A stretch of 64,000 nt of DNA. It comes from Octopus sinensis. Its lineage: Eukaryota. Position 1 is the first letter of the stretch. Each line of letters starts with the position of its first letter. Where the stretch lies: contig NC_042999.1 of assembly GCF_006345805.1 (NCBI RefSeq), positions 163,122,001 to 163,186,000 of the forward strand. Direction: 5' to 3'. Under the pieces are notes generated by a model, which did no database searches, was not told the origin of the DNA, and worked only from the letters and a program-made list of their open reading frames with translations. Of this stretch, positions 47,656-61,825 are shown one piece after another. The translations under genes and the position numbers were made by a program.

Positions 47656-48719
47656 TTCTAAATAAAACATAAAGCAGTGTAGTAAAATATTTGTAGCTGT
47701 TTTATTTATTAATGTACTGCTTTAATGTTTGGAAATAAAACAAGTGCTCACATAAAATTGTACCTGAAAATCAATTTCGTCACATATTTATTACATGTAG
47801 GTTTTGATATTAAATAGTATTTTACACATAGTTTTGAACAAATTTAGTGAGAAAATTGTTAAATTGTAAGAAAAATGTGAGTAAATTTATTATACTATCA
47901 TAGAACTTTAATCCTTTGGGGAGGATATACATGGTTAAGGAAATAGGTAGAAGATAAAGTGAAAGTATTATCAAGACACTCCCACATGCTATCTACGTTG
48001 AAATCTAAATTCTGTCTGCTTCAAACTATGGAAACTTCTACAGTACATACTGCTAATTTCTTTAAGGTGATGGTAAACACCAGCCATTAGCAATAACCTT
48101 CTTCAATACCTAGAGTTGCTCTCTCTTCTTAATGACTATCAGTATGACTTTCATCAACCCAGATTTACTGGAGACCTGCTCTTCCATGTTACTCACCAAT
48201 AGGCTTTCACCTAAAGAAATTTGGTGACATTAGTGTTATTGCAAAGTTTTGATCATGACTAGCATATGAATCTCTTGGTAAAACTGCCTGCCTATGGCGA
48301 GTAATGTAGGAAAGTTGATCTTTCAAATTTAGTTAGCATGTGTCTTGAGAAATTTCTTGAAGAAAAAAACGTTTTTTTTGTTTTGGTTTGATCAGAAAAT
48401 AAATGTGCCATAGCCTTCATAGACCTTTCAAAATGTGATGTTTAATGATGATGATCATACACACACACACACACACATTTACAATGTTATGATGGGAGCA
48501 GGGTCAAGAAAATTCAGAAAAGACCAAGAAAGTGTCCAGTGATTCATCACTTTGTCTGAATTGCATTATGTTATAACATGACTGTACTATGTAATGAATA
48601 TGCATGTGCGTGCACACACGCACATGCACACACACACACACACATGTATATATGCATATGTAAATACCAGCTGGTCACAGTGAAAGACCTCACTTTGAAA
48701 CCAACTCATTTCCCATTAA

Positions 48720-48939
48720 CCCTTTCTTTACCAACCCGGCTGAAACCGGCTCTGGTTCTGAGTACAAATGTCTTGTTTTTATGAGTTTTGAATTAAAATC
48801 TTCCACCAAACTTTAGTCACAATTTATGTTCCTAACATTAGCTTAAAGATAACTAAGTTATTTTACTAAATTCTTTGTTATAGTTACAGTAATTGAAAGA
48901 AACGCAGAGCCTCTCAACAGAAATACAGTAAGGAAAGGG
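48720..48939. mobile_element. piggyBac-type MITE, second family
   Basis: TTAA|CCCTTTC...GAAAGGG|TTAA. Confidence 0.7.
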
Positions 48940-49389
48940 TTAAACATGATGGTTAAATATAAATACAGTTGATCAGACATCAGTTTAACTCTTCAACTGG
49001 CTACAAGTTTGACTGAGTAACCATTCTTCTTTTAATATTATAGTTATATTTTCTGTAGTAAACATTTGTGTTGCTGCAGTTCAACATTAAATTGCTAAAT
49101 TTTCTCGTCAGCTGTTTAACTAAACATACATGAATGCTTTGTTATCAGCCCCATCTTCCCTCCACTTACAACACTTTTTTACTGTGCATTTTTTAAAGAC
49201 ATTGTTGTAGGAGTCATATTGAAACAGATGTTGCAAATTGTTTATCCAATCTGCAAACTGTCAGGCACACACACTGACTGACAACAGAATGCTATAGTCG
49301 AGTCTACTGTGTGTCTGACAATATATGTTTAGGTTGTGAATAAAAGTATAAGGGGGCCGTGGCTGTTTGCATGGTGATTGCATTTTATT

Positions 49390-49607
49390 ACTCTTTTACT
49401 CCTTTACTTGTTTCAGTCATTTGACTGCGGCCATGCTGGAGCACTGCCTTTAATCAAGCAACTCGACCCTGGGACTTATTCTTTTGTAAGCCCAGTACTT
49501 ATTCTATCAGTTTCTTTTGCCGAACCGCTAAGTGACGGGGACATAAACACACCAGCATCGGTTGTCAAGCAATGCTAGGGGGACAAACACAGACACAAAC
49601 ACACACA

Positions 49608-49666
<59 letters not shown>

Positions 49667-49770
49667 AGGCTATAGTAGAAGACATTTGCCCAAAGTGCCA
49701 CGCAGTGGGACTGAACCCGGAACCATGTGATTGGTAAATAAGCAACTTACCACACAGCCACTCCTGCGCC
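49390..49770 (-). mobile_element. SINE family B, internally deleted, flanked by 60-bp direct repeats
   Basis: 49330-49389 equals 49771-49830 with 1 mismatch. Confidence 0.85.
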
Positions 49771-50007
49771 TAGGTTGTGAATAAAAGTATAAGGGGGCCG
49801 TGGCTGTTTGCGTGGTGATTGCATTTTATTGGTTAAAATAAAAAGCGATAGTTTGGCATGCAGCTGTCTTCAAGAATTTTGTCGTATTCATTTTCGCCTT
49901 CTCTTTGTTGCATGATTTGTCATTTTAGATTTTGCTAATGATTTTCTAAAAATTAATATTATTAATATTTTTTTAAATACTGCTACACCATTAGGAGAAA
50001 TACGGTA

Positions 50008-50384
50008 CATCATCATCATCGTTTGGCGTCCGCTTTCCATGCTAGCATGGGTTGGACGGTTCGACCGGGGTCTGGGAAGCCAGAAGGCTGCACCAGGCTC
50101 CAGTCTTATCTGGCAATGTTTCTACAGCTGGATGCCCTTCCTAACGCCAACCACTCCGAGAGTGTAGTGGGTGCTTTTTACGTGCCCCCTGCACAGGTGC
50201 CAGGCAAGGCTGGCATTGGCCATGGTCGGATTGGTGCTTTTTACGTGCCACCGGCACGGAAGCCAGTCGAGGCGGCACAGGCTTCGGCCACAATTCGGAT
50301 GGTGCTTTTTACGTGCCACTGGCACGGAAGCCAGTCGAGGCGGCGCTGGCATCAGCCACGATTCGGATAGTGCTTTTTACGTAC
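50008..50384 (-). mobile_element. RTE 3'UTR and tail fragment
   Basis: Family motifs and VNTR units. Confidence 0.8.
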
Positions 50385-50422
50385 ATATATAAAATATTGT
50401 GAGCATTGCCTTAAAAAGTACG

Positions 50423-51153
50423 AAACTAGAATTGAGAAAAGCGCTCGCTCAAAAGAGTTACAGAATGTCATAATAAACCTTAAAAAGTATGGGACTAGTA
50501 TTGTTGCTCAAAAATATTGGAATCCCTATATGCTGTACATTCTGTGGAATCTTTTTATCACAAGAAATTTGCTTAGTTCATCAAAATTAAGTTAAATTAT
50601 CGTATACTCAATTTTAGCAAAACAATTGTGTACAAATACTCATGACATCTTTACACAATAATTCAATCTATAAATGATTATTTTTATAAGTTTACAAATA
50701 ATCAATCAAAAGTAATTTAGTAATAATTTGCTTCATTCACATAACTATTCCATTAATACGAATTATCTTCGCTTCGGTTTCATACTTTCACTGTTATATA
50801 GATTCGACTTCATCATAAATCCAGTTTTTTTTATTATCATGGTAATTTGCATGCAGTGTGAAATGTTTTTTTTTATATACTTTGGTATGAAGAGCATTAC
50901 AATGAATTTACTTATTCAAAGTTAAAGATCATATTTTGTACATTTTCAAATTTTTATATTAAGAACTCGGTTCAAAAATTATCATGACATCATAATTCAC
51001 ACATGAATCTCTTTTCGTTTTAAGATGCCACAGAATGTACAGCATATAGGGATTCCAATATTTTTGGACAACAATGGTAGTCCCATACCTTTTAAGGTTT
51101 ATTATGACATTCTGTAACCCTTTTGAGCTTGCGCATTTTTCACTTCTAGTTTG
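50423..51153. mobile_element. Old foldback element or MITE with about 130-bp imperfect TIRs
   Basis: 50423-50553 is inverted relative to 51022-51153. No clear TSD. Confidence 0.6.
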
Positions 51154-51354
51154 AATATCTTTCATCTCTTACTTGTTTTAGTCAGACTTCAGTGATGTTG
51201 GTGCACCACCTTGATGTTTAGTCAAACAAATCCACTCCAGTAATTTTTTTTAAAGCTTGGTACTTATTCTATAAGTTTCTTTTGCCAAGCTGCTAAGTAT
51301 GTAAACAAACCGATACCTATAGTCAAGTGGTGGGGTCCAAATACAAAGACACAC

Positions 51355-51711
51355 ATCATCATCATCATCATCATCATACGTCCGTTTTCCGCGCTAGCAC
51401 GGGTTGGACGGTTCGACTGGGGTCTGGAAAGCCAGGGACTGCACCAGACTCCAGTCTGATCTGGCAGTGTTTCTACAGCTGGATGCCCTTCCTAACACCA
51501 ACCACTCCGCGAGTGTAGTGGGTGCTTTTTACGTGCCACCTGCTCAGGTGCCAGGGGGGTCTGGCATCGGCCATGATCGGTTGGTGCTTTTAACGTGCCA
51601 CCGGCACGGAAGCCAGCCAAGGCGGCGCTGGCAATGGCCACGTTCGGATGGTGCTTTTTATATGTCACCGGCACAGAAGCCAGTCGAGGCGGCGCTGGCA
51701 TCCGCTGGCAT
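51355..51711 (-). mobile_element. RTE 3'UTR and tail fragment
   Basis: Family motifs and (CAT)n. Confidence 0.8.
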
Positions 51712-52619
51712 CTATATATATATAGATATATATACATACACCATTCTGTGTGCTCTCTGCTGATTCTAATCTGACCCCTTCACCTCCCTATCTTCCTCAC
51801 CCTTCCCTTTCTTCAAATGCACCTGTAACCTTTGTGACCTTTTGGTCTGTAGCTTCTTCCCCACTCTTGGTACCCAACCTGACTCCTTCCCTTCTTAATC
51901 TGCTGCCAGATCTGCCTCTACGTCTCCAACATCACTATCCTCACCATCACCCACTACCGTTCCTACCACATCACTGATTCATTCACCTGCACCTCCAGCA
52001 ATTTAATTGACTGCATCCTCTGCTCTCTCTGCCTTACCTTGTATATTGGTCACACTGGCCAGCAATTAGCTGACCAGTTTGTCAAACATCTCTGGTCATT
52101 TCCTACAACATCTGTGTGTCTGGATTGGTTGTGTACAGAGGCCACTCAGACTCCCACCTCTGTCAAGAGTGGGAATTAATTTTCTCTCTCTTTTCCTCAG
52201 TCACTCATGGTCTCAATTTTTCACCCCTCTTCTTCTAAACCCACTTGCATACATTCTTACATACACCACACACCTCCCTCATTTCACTGGTCCTCTACCT
52301 ACACTATTATACTCATTACCCTCACTACATACAGGTATATGCTCCTACAACATATACATACACCCACACACACACTCACCAGCACCCACACTCCCACTTC
52401 CTTCACCATACATACAGTAGCCATGCACCCACACCTCCCAACACCTATCTCCTTTGTCACCCCTATTCCACCTGACACTTCCATCCAGGTTGACCCGCAT
52501 ACATCCACCGACAACACACATACATCAGATAGCCTTACATGCACATATAAGTGCCCTTACACACACACATATGCACCAGCACAGAATGTGTGCACATATG
52601 TCAGTTTCATACATACTTT

Positions 52620-53005
52620 GCGCAATGGCCCAGTGGTTAGGGCAGCGGACTCGCGGTCGTAGGATCGCGGTTTCGATTCCCAGACCGGGCGTTGTAAGTG
52701 TTTATTGAGTGAAAACACCTAAAGCTCCACGAGGCTCCGGCAGGGGATGGTGGTGATCCCTGCTGTACTCTTTCACCACAACTTTCTCTCACTCTTACTT
52801 CCTGTTTCTGTTGTACCTGTATTTCAAGGGGCCGGCCTTGTCACTCTCTGTGTCACGCTGATTATCCCCGAGAACTACATTAAGGGTACACGTGTCTGTG
52901 GAGTGCTCAGCCACTTACACCTTAATTTCACGAGCAGGCTGTTCCGTTGATTCGGATCAACCGGAACCCTCATCGTCATAACCAACGGAGTGCTTCCATC
53001 CATCC
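52620..53005 (+). mobile_element. SINE family C
   Basis: Matches the 23625 copy, with an (ATCC)n tail. Confidence 0.85.
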
Positions 53006-53720
53006 AATGGTCATATCCACACACCAACTGAAGTAAGGGACACGCACACTTGCTCACACACATACACTCACATACATACATATATACATATGAAAAATTA
53101 CACAATATTCATGCATAAGCACACATAATACATGCACACACGACTGTGTCACACTGACTTTATGCACACATATGCATGCATGCATATGTCCGACCGTTTC
53201 TTACATGCACGCACACACATGCTTAAAAATGGCACAAGAACACACAAATGCTACCCACACAAAGTATATAACATACATTAGCAGCTACATGTGTGCTTGC
53301 ACATAAATACATCTGATACCCTCATATATGTTAGGCAGTCTCACATTCACATGTCCACACACATGCACACAAACATAAATACATGAAGCACACATGCACA
53401 CATTATTCTCACATACACACACACAACATTGTGCACACACACTTTAGTCAAAACACTGTTGTCTCCCTTGCCACTCATGTCTCCCATTTTTACCTCCTTT
53501 TGGGCAATTCAACATGTACAACCATTAATCCAGACATGATTCCTCCCCCCTTTTTTTTTTATTCTCTCTCCATCTGTTTTCTCTCCTCATTTTTTCAGTA
53601 GAAGAATTGACACTCAAAATGTCAAAGACTTCTTCCTATTGATCTGAGTGTCAAACTATTATACATTGTTTGTTGTTCTTGCACCTGTCTTTTTTTTTGT
53701 TTCATATAATAATTTTGAAC

Positions 53721-53772
<52 letters not shown>

Positions 53773-53774
<2 letters not shown>

Positions 53775-54174
53775 CGCAGGAGTGGCTGTGTGGTAAGTAG
53801 CTTGCTTACCAACCACATGGTTCCGGGTTCAATCCCACAGCGTGGCATCTTGGGCAAATATCTTCTGCTATAGCCTTGGGCCGACCAATGCCTTGTGAGT
53901 GGATTTGGTAGACGGAAACTGAAAGAAGCCCGTCGTATATATGCATATATATATATATGCGTGTGTGTGTTTGTGTGTCTGTGTTTGTCCCCCTAGCATT
54001 GCTTGACAACCGATGCTGGTGTGTTTATGTCCCCGTCACTTAGCGGTTCGGCAAAAAGAGACCGATAGAATAAGTACTGGGCTTACAAAAAGAATAAGTC
54101 CCGGGGTTGAGTTGCTCGACTAAAGGCGGTGCTCCAGCATGGCCGCAGTCAAATGACTGAAACAAGTAAAAGAG
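53773..54174 (+). mobile_element. SINE family B
   Basis: Full-length match. Confidence 0.85.
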
Positions 54175-54379
54175 TATATATATATATACATACACACACA
54201 GTTACCTTTCTTCAATTTCCATCTACCAAATCCAGTCACAAGGCTTTGGCCAACCTGGGGCTATAGTAGAAGAAAGATACTTACTTGCCACGCATTGAAA
54301 CTGATCTTGGAACCATGTAATTAGGAAACAAAATTCTTACTATGTAGCCATATCTGCACTTATCTATGCTTGCACCTAT

Positions 54380-54875
54380 CATCATCATCATCATCGTTTA
54401 ATGTCCGCTTTCCATGCTAGCATGGGTTGGACGGTTCAACTGGGGTCTGTGAAGCCAGAAGGCTGCACCAGGCCAGTCAGATCTGGCAGAGTTTCTACAG
54501 CTGGATGCCCTTCCTAATGCCAACCACTCCATGAGTGTAGTGGGTGCTTTTTACGTGCCACCGACACAGGTGCCAGACGAGGCTGGTGAACGGCCACGCT
54601 CGGATGGTGTTTTTTTTGTGCCACCGACATAGGTGCCAGACGAGGCTGGCGAATGGCCACGCTCGGATGGTGTTTTTTACGTGCCACCGGCACCGAGGCC
54701 AGGCGAGGCTGGCACGGCCACGATCGGATGGTGTTCGTTATGTGCCCACAGCACAGAGGCCAGTCGATGCGGTACTGGCTACGGCCACGTTCGGATGGTT
54801 TTCTTATGTGCCACCGGCACTGGTACCACAAAAATACAAATTCCATTGATGTTCATCGATTTTGATTTGATTTGA
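54380..54875 (-). mobile_element. RTE 3'UTR and tail fragment with variant VNTR units
   Basis: Family motifs. Confidence 0.8.
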
Positions 54876-55309
54876 ATTATGTTTAATAATTGTTTAATAA
54901 TTGGTAAATAAGGCTATTCATATGCCTATGCCTAAAAAAGAAAACTGAGATAGTGTCTAAGTGTTAAAAACATCAGCCAATGTGTGTGAATGTAGTAGAG
55001 AGATTGCTGCAAACATATGAAGTGAATGGACAACATATTCTGGGTAAAAATCTCAAGCTGCAGAGTATCATAGATTAAATGGTATGTAATCAAAACAAGT
55101 GGCAATCTACATTATAGGTACGTCCGATACATGGCAGTATAAAAGAGTAGGACATAATGAATACACAAGCATACACACATCTACACACTTTGAGGTTATG
55201 GTCTTCCACTGATCACGTTTAAGTGCTGATTTCAGTAGCTGCTTATTCCAAGTGATTGCCATCATGCAACACTGCCTTTTCCCATCAGCTTTCCACCATA
55301 TTGACTGAT

Positions 55310-55716
55310 ACTCTCTTTTACTCTTTTACTTTGACTGTGGCCATGCTGGAGCACCGCCTTTAGTCGAGCAAATCGACCCCGGGACTTATTCTTTGTAAGC
55401 CCAGTACTTATTCTATCGGTCTCTTTTGCCGAACTGCTAAGTGACGGGGACGTAAACACACCAGCATCGGTTGTCAAGCAATGCTAGGGGGACAAACACA
55501 GACACACAAACATATACACACACACACACACATACATATATATACATATATACGACAGGCTTCTTTCAGTTTCCGTCTACCAAATCCACTCACAAGGCAT
55601 TGGTCGGCCTGGGGCTATAGCAAAAGACACTTGCCCAAGATGCCACGCAGTGGGACTGAACCCAGAACCATGTGGTTGGTTAGCAAGCTACTTACCACAC
55701 AGCCACTCCTGCGCCT
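55310..55716 (-). mobile_element. SINE family B
   Basis: Full-length match in reverse. Confidence 0.85.
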
Positions 55717-56087
55717 ATATATTTATATATATATATATGTATGTATATATATATGTGCAATAAAATTCTCTTTTCATTAAGTGGGATTGTCATTGCCACC
55801 TTCTAATGATTTCAGCAGCATCTACGTTTGTTCCTCTTTATATTTTACCATTATTACATTTTCTGTGTGGAATCTGCAGCATCTGATAGTAGCAGATAGG
55901 TCAACTTACCTTGCAAATTGTTCGTTTATTTATTGACTCAATCACACTGGGAATAAGCAATGGAGTATGCACCATTTAAACCTGCATTAGTAACAGTGTG
56001 TCGACAAAACAAAACATGAGTGTTTTTAATTTGGTTGTTATTAAAAACTCATAGGTCAGCTCTGATGAAGCAAACGTGGGATTAAAG

Positions 56088-56856
56088 ATATAATAAATAA
56101 TAATAATGAAATTATTGTATACAGTGCTCAGGTGCACCACAACTTGTCAAAAGTGCATATAAAGCACATGCTGTAATGTACAAATGTCTGGAAAGCGAAC
56201 AATGCATGAGTCAGATACATGCTTTTGTGTGTATGGAGGGGAGAAAATTAGGTGTAGTGTTGGCGAATCTCAGAAAGCATGGAAGTTTTGAAGGATGCAG
56301 TGCTCCGACAACTAACAACTGATGCCGGCAGTTTGTTCCATGCTTCAGCAACTCTCAGCGTGAAAAAATGTTTCCTAAAGTCATGGGAGCTGTGCTGTTT
56401 TCTGACTTTGTAAATATGTCCACGGGTGTTAGATGGGTGGAGTTTGAAAAGGTGCTCAGAGTTATTGTTTGTACGATGGTTGATAATTTTATGGGTGTCT
56501 GCCAAGTCAGCTGTCAGAGTTTCAAAGTGTCCATGCCCAGGGAAGTAAAGGCATTCAGAATATGGCAAATGCCTGATGGAGGGTATTCTTTTGGTTGCAC
56601 GTCACTGAATGGCTTCCAGACGATTGATATCCTGGGCAAGATAGGGGTTCCAGACCAGTGATGCAAATTCCAAGTGAGGTCTTACCATAGCTATATAAAG
56701 CCGCAGATAGATAGTCGGAGAGCGGCTCACAAAGGATTTGGTGAGTGATGCCAAGACACCCTCAGCCTTCTTGACAATTTTAGCGATGTGTTTTGTCCAA
56801 CGCAAATCACTGTCGACAATAACACCCAGGTCACGTTCACTTGAAGACTTTCCAGC
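56088..56856 (-). mobile_element. CR1/L2-type LINE 3' fragment with an (ATT)n tail
   Basis: LYIAMVRPHLEFASLVWNPY and RKHFFTLRVAEAWNKLP. Confidence 0.85.
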
Positions 56857-57479
56857 TGTGACTGAAATGTCTTTAACTCTTTAGTTTTTTTTCATAGAGG
56901 TTCTTTTGTTGACTTGCTTTAAAAGCATTTATATGATATTGAAGATATAATATTCCACATAGCTAATGTCTTTTTGCAAATGATGTGTTCAAAATAACAT
57001 TTGTTTGGCTGTATTAAGATTTTGATTGAGATTGCATAATTGATGGCATTTTATATCCAAAGTATCTTTCCATACATTCAAGCTTAGTGAGTGGGGATGG
57101 AAAATAGGACAAATAAAAACAAAATATATATAAATTTATACAACTGAAGGCAATTGAGATTATGGATTTTCATTTTTCTGTTGGCTTATTGCTTTAGCAT
57201 TTAAACTAGCCATATCCAGCCCAATTAATCTACTTGTTTTATGTTCAAACTGGCCCTGTCCAGCTTCTCACACCTACCCTACAATGTCATTCTAAAAATA
57301 AATAATCACAACATTGAAATCTCAAAGCTATGGGATAATGTAGGATTAATAAAAAAAAACAATATGAATAAATAAGAATTATATTTGATTAAGAAAGCTG
57401 AATGCTAAAGAGTTGTAGACTAATGCAAGATTTGTGTAATAGTGTGTTTAATTACAATCTTAATTATATTGCTATACAT

Positions 57480-57882
57480 AGGAGTGGCTGTGTGGTATGT
57501 AGCTTGCTTACCAACCACATGGTTCCGGGTTCAATCCCACAGCGTGGCATCTTGGGCAAATATCTTCTGCTATAGCCTCGGGCTGACCAATGCCTTGTGA
57601 GTGGATTTGGTAGACGGAAACTGAAAGAAGCCCGTCGTATATATGCATATATATATATGCGTGTGTGTGTTTGTGTGTCTGTGTTTGTCCCCCTAGCATT
57701 GCTTGACAACCGATGCTGGTGTGTTTACGTCCCCGTCACTTAGTGGTTTGGCAAAAGAGATCGATAGAATAAGTACTGGGCTTACAAAAAGAATAAGTCC
57801 CGGGGTCGATTTGCTCGACTAAAAGGCGGTGCTCCAGCATGGCTGCAGTCAAATGACTGAAACAAGTAAAAGAGTAAAGAGT
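57480..57882 (+). mobile_element. SINE family B
   Basis: Shares diagnostic bases with the 53773 copy. Confidence 0.85.
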
Positions 57883-58805
57883 ATTATATTGCTTCCCCCC
57901 CCTTACCTTCAGCAGAACCATTTCTACCATTATCAAATGCCACTCCCAATACCATTCACAGAGCTATTTTTACCTGCAGCACTGCTACCTTTGCAGAGGC
58001 ATCATCTATAGCTACTAAATCACTATTACTAACCACCATCATTATTATCACTTTTTTTTCTATTCACATCTTTTTTTACTTCACTTTTCCCCATTTTTCT
58101 TTTCTTCTCCCTGCTTCCCTCTGTCTTTGTTTCCCCTTTTTTTCTCCCACATCTTTGTTACTTGTCTTCCCTTCCTTTCTTTCTCTCTCTTCCTTCATTT
58201 CTGTTTCTTTCTAGCCTTTGCTTTTCATTTCTTTCTCTCAATACTCCTCCTCCCAAATCTCCAGTTTATGTCAATAACACTCCCCTCACATTAACCACAA
58301 TGTGCAGCTAAGTAAGAGTCAGAATGCTTTCCCAGCAGTCTCTACTGGTGTATCAGTATAACCGTAGATGATTTGATCTGTGAAGATTGCACTCAACCCC
58401 AGGAGAGATTGCAAAAGACAAATATTTTATGGATTTACACATCTCTTATTGGTTCAGTCCCAATTCAGAAATCATGAAAATTATGCCAAAAAAAAAAAAA
58501 ATATATATATGTTAATGGATTAATCCTTTGCAAAAGCTTAAGACTCCACAGGGAAGCACTTAAGTCTTTCTGTAGCTTGAAACACTTGAAAGTTAAATCT
58601 TCTTATGGATAGGACACTGGTTCTCTGTGGATGTTAGCTTTTTTTCTCTGGAAGGAATTTAACTTAGAATTATAAGTCACTAAAACACATCATTTCCACT
58701 TCACTTCCTCTGCTTGCAATTGCAAAAAAATAGTCACCCTATTCATGATATGAAAGCACTTCCACACAGATGTTCAACTTTCTAAGCAGCCAAATGTCCT
58801 TCAAA

Positions 58806-59194
58806 TCTTTACATGTAAAAGAGAAGTTGTGTGTCTGTCTCCTACGATTTAGATTCCTAACCACTCCCACATTTTGCGGTGCAGTTTAACCATATCTTAT
58901 AGTCATGATTCATATTGAGCCCTTCTGGGTATTAGCGCGCGTCTACGATGAGTCTACGATTTAAAAAAAAATTCACCATCATTTTTTTCCATTTTAATGC
59001 ATTTTTTCGCTATTATATAAGGGAAGTAACTCTCTAAAAATGTCTATGATGAGTCAACGATTTAAAAAAAATTTACCATAATTTTTTTTCCATTTTTAAT
59101 GCATTTTTTTTGCTATTTTTTGGCTATAACTCTCTAAAAATGCTTTATAGTTATTTCCCTTACAAACCCGAGCAACGCCGGGCGATACTGCTAG
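58806..59194 (+). mobile_element. Non-autonomous Helitron, same family as 47268
   Basis: A|TC start and CCCGAGCAACGCCGGG...CTAG|T end. Confidence 0.8.
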
Positions 59195-59702
59195 TTACAT
59201 ATAATCCTCTCTAAAAAAAAAAAAAGACAATAGATAATGTAGTTCAAGATATACAAAAATACGCAATAGCCTGCCTGGAATGTCTTTATCATAGGTCTGC
59301 TGAATTGAGCTGACCTAGGGTTAAAACACAACATAACCACCCTCTAGTATCTAATTATAGTAGATTAGAAACTACCATTGATAAGTAGGTATCTTGATCA
59401 AGACCCATCACAGAACTAGATACCAACCACTGACTCTTTGGCTGTGTGCTTCACTACCTATAGATCTTAAAAAGATATGGAACTTCTACATATCTTTCTA
59501 CTTTTACTCTTATTGTTTTTCATCCTTTGAATTTCACTCGATAGCTGCTGTGTTTTTTTATTGTTAGCATTGAAAACAAAAACTCAAACCAATAAGAATT
59601 ATACATGCTAATACATGAATTTATTTCTCTTTCAGTTTTTATACACTTAAATCACACATATTTACACATGTTTGTGTGTTTTGTGTATGTGTATATGATA
59701 TA

Positions 59703-60670
59703 CGAGCAAAACGCCCCCCCCCCATGGACTGTGCTGAATCATATCTGCTGAATAAAAAGCAATCAGTATTTTCTTTTCATTAAAAAATAATTAAGCATGC
59801 CTTTATTTCAATAAAATTTTTGGTTTTGTCAAAATGAAGTTAAGGCAAAAAAAAAACTTATTGAGAAACCAAATAGTCTTCCCTTCCTTCATGCCAAGTT
59901 TGAAGAAAATATCTCTTTTGCATCTTACTTTTTTGGTCTCTGAAATATACTGCATTTTGTGGCATTACTTCAAGCCAGTCGGCTCTTTTTGCGTAAACTG
60001 CATGTGCATTTTTCTCGCGTATGCGTAGTATCGATCACAACAGCTGATGTACTTGCGCATACAGCTGATGTACAGCTTTATCAATCACATTCTCACCTGG
60101 AATCGATTTTTGTACATGTAGAAATCCATGCCACCATCTCTTCAGTTATCTGGCCATCGGAAAAAATGCTATGAAAAATGACTGGTATACAAAGGGAAAT
60201 TACTGTGTGATTGACCGATATTAAGACAAAAGAACTATTTGAATGACCGCTAAGTGAGGAAAATAAAAATCGATTCCAGGTAAGAATGCAATCGATAAAG
60301 CCGTGGGAACATGCATTTGTATGCGCAAGTACATCAGCTGTTGCGATCGATACTACATGTACTCAAGAAAAATGCATGTGCAGTTTGCGCAAAGAAAACT
60401 GACTGGCTTGAAATAATGCCACAAAATGCAGTATATTTCAGAGACCAAAAAAATAAGATGCAAAAGAGATATTTTCTTCAAACTTGGCATGAAGGAAGGA
60501 AAGACTATTTGGTTTCTCAAGAAGTTTTTTTTTGCCTTAATTTCGTTTAACAAAACCAGAAATTTTATTGAAATAAAGGCATGCTTAATTATTTTTTAAT
60601 GGAAAGAAAACACTGATTGCTTTTTATTCAGCACCATCCATTAGACCGGGGGGGGGGAGCGTTTTGCTCG
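59703..60670. mobile_element. Foldback MITE with about 410-bp TIRs, TA-flanked (Tc1/mariner-like termini)
   Basis: TA|CGAGCAAAACG...CGTTTTGCTCG|TA. Arms at 59703-60111 and 60265-60670. Confidence 0.8.
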
Positions 60671-60874
60671 TATATGTAGATATCTTTGTATATATATCTA
60701 TATATAGATATGTTCATATATATCTATAAATAGATATCTTTGTATATATGTGTATATATATATAGGTTTGTATATATGTATATACATACATAAACCGACC
60801 AACTGCAAAGATATCAACAAATTTTCTCTCCTTCCTTTTCTTCTTTTTCTTTAATACCCCTTTCACACACGCGT

Positions 60875-60927
<53 letters not shown>

Positions 60928-61479
60928 CTCTCTCTCTCTCTCACAAGACAATGATAAAAAAGAAATCCAGACAATTTTTTGAAAAGTGACATTTTGCCCC
61001 CCATCGTTGGAGTAAACACTCAATTATTATTGCCAACTTGACCAGCTGCAAAGAGATCAACAAAAACTTTTTTTCTTCTTTCTCTCCCTTTTCTTCCTTT
61101 CCTTCTTTTTCTTTAACACTCTTTCAGATACAAAAACACACACACACACACACTCTCTCTCACTTTCTCCCCATTCATCACCCTCTTGTACTATCTCATA
61201 TCCCTCCCCACCACTACACTCAATAACACTATAAAAATGGTCAAATTTTTCCACAAGAACTTAGTTCAATTTGAAAACTCCACTAGAATGGATGAAAGTG
61301 CTAATATATGGTATATGATGTATAAAAACACGTAACATACAAATAAATATCTGTAAATATAAAACTATCCGAATTTCTGAGTACCTCATTTCTTCTAATA
61401 TAAAATACCAGTACATCATCTCCAAACCTTCTAATATATGTATATACATATATGTATATATATGCCTATATATATGTGT

Positions 61480-61525
<46 letters not shown>

Positions 61526-61825
61526 GTGTGTATATGTATATATTTACGTATATGTATGTATATATGCTGTTGTGTCTGGGGATATGTATATATATATGTG
61601 TGTATGTGTGTGTATTTCGTTTTTGGATTTGGTTTGCAAGATTCTTTATATGAGTTCGTGTGTTGAAGCATATTCTGTTTGAAAAGGTTGCAAGACGCAA
61701 CGAAAATTTTAGGAAAGTAAAATTAAGAAAGAAGTGGAAATTTTACCGGTGAGTTTGTTACATTATAAGGCATAAAAAGAAAATGTCTCTCCCCAGACAC
61801 AACAAAATTTGTGTATGTATCTATC

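Noticed and set aside
56488-56502. FMGVC on the + strand, matching the expected start of TESK exon 3 (FMGVCVH...)
   Set aside because: It continues QVSCQSF rather than VHxGQLHAL, has no acceptor AG in the right place, and is the antisense of a CR1/L2 fragment.
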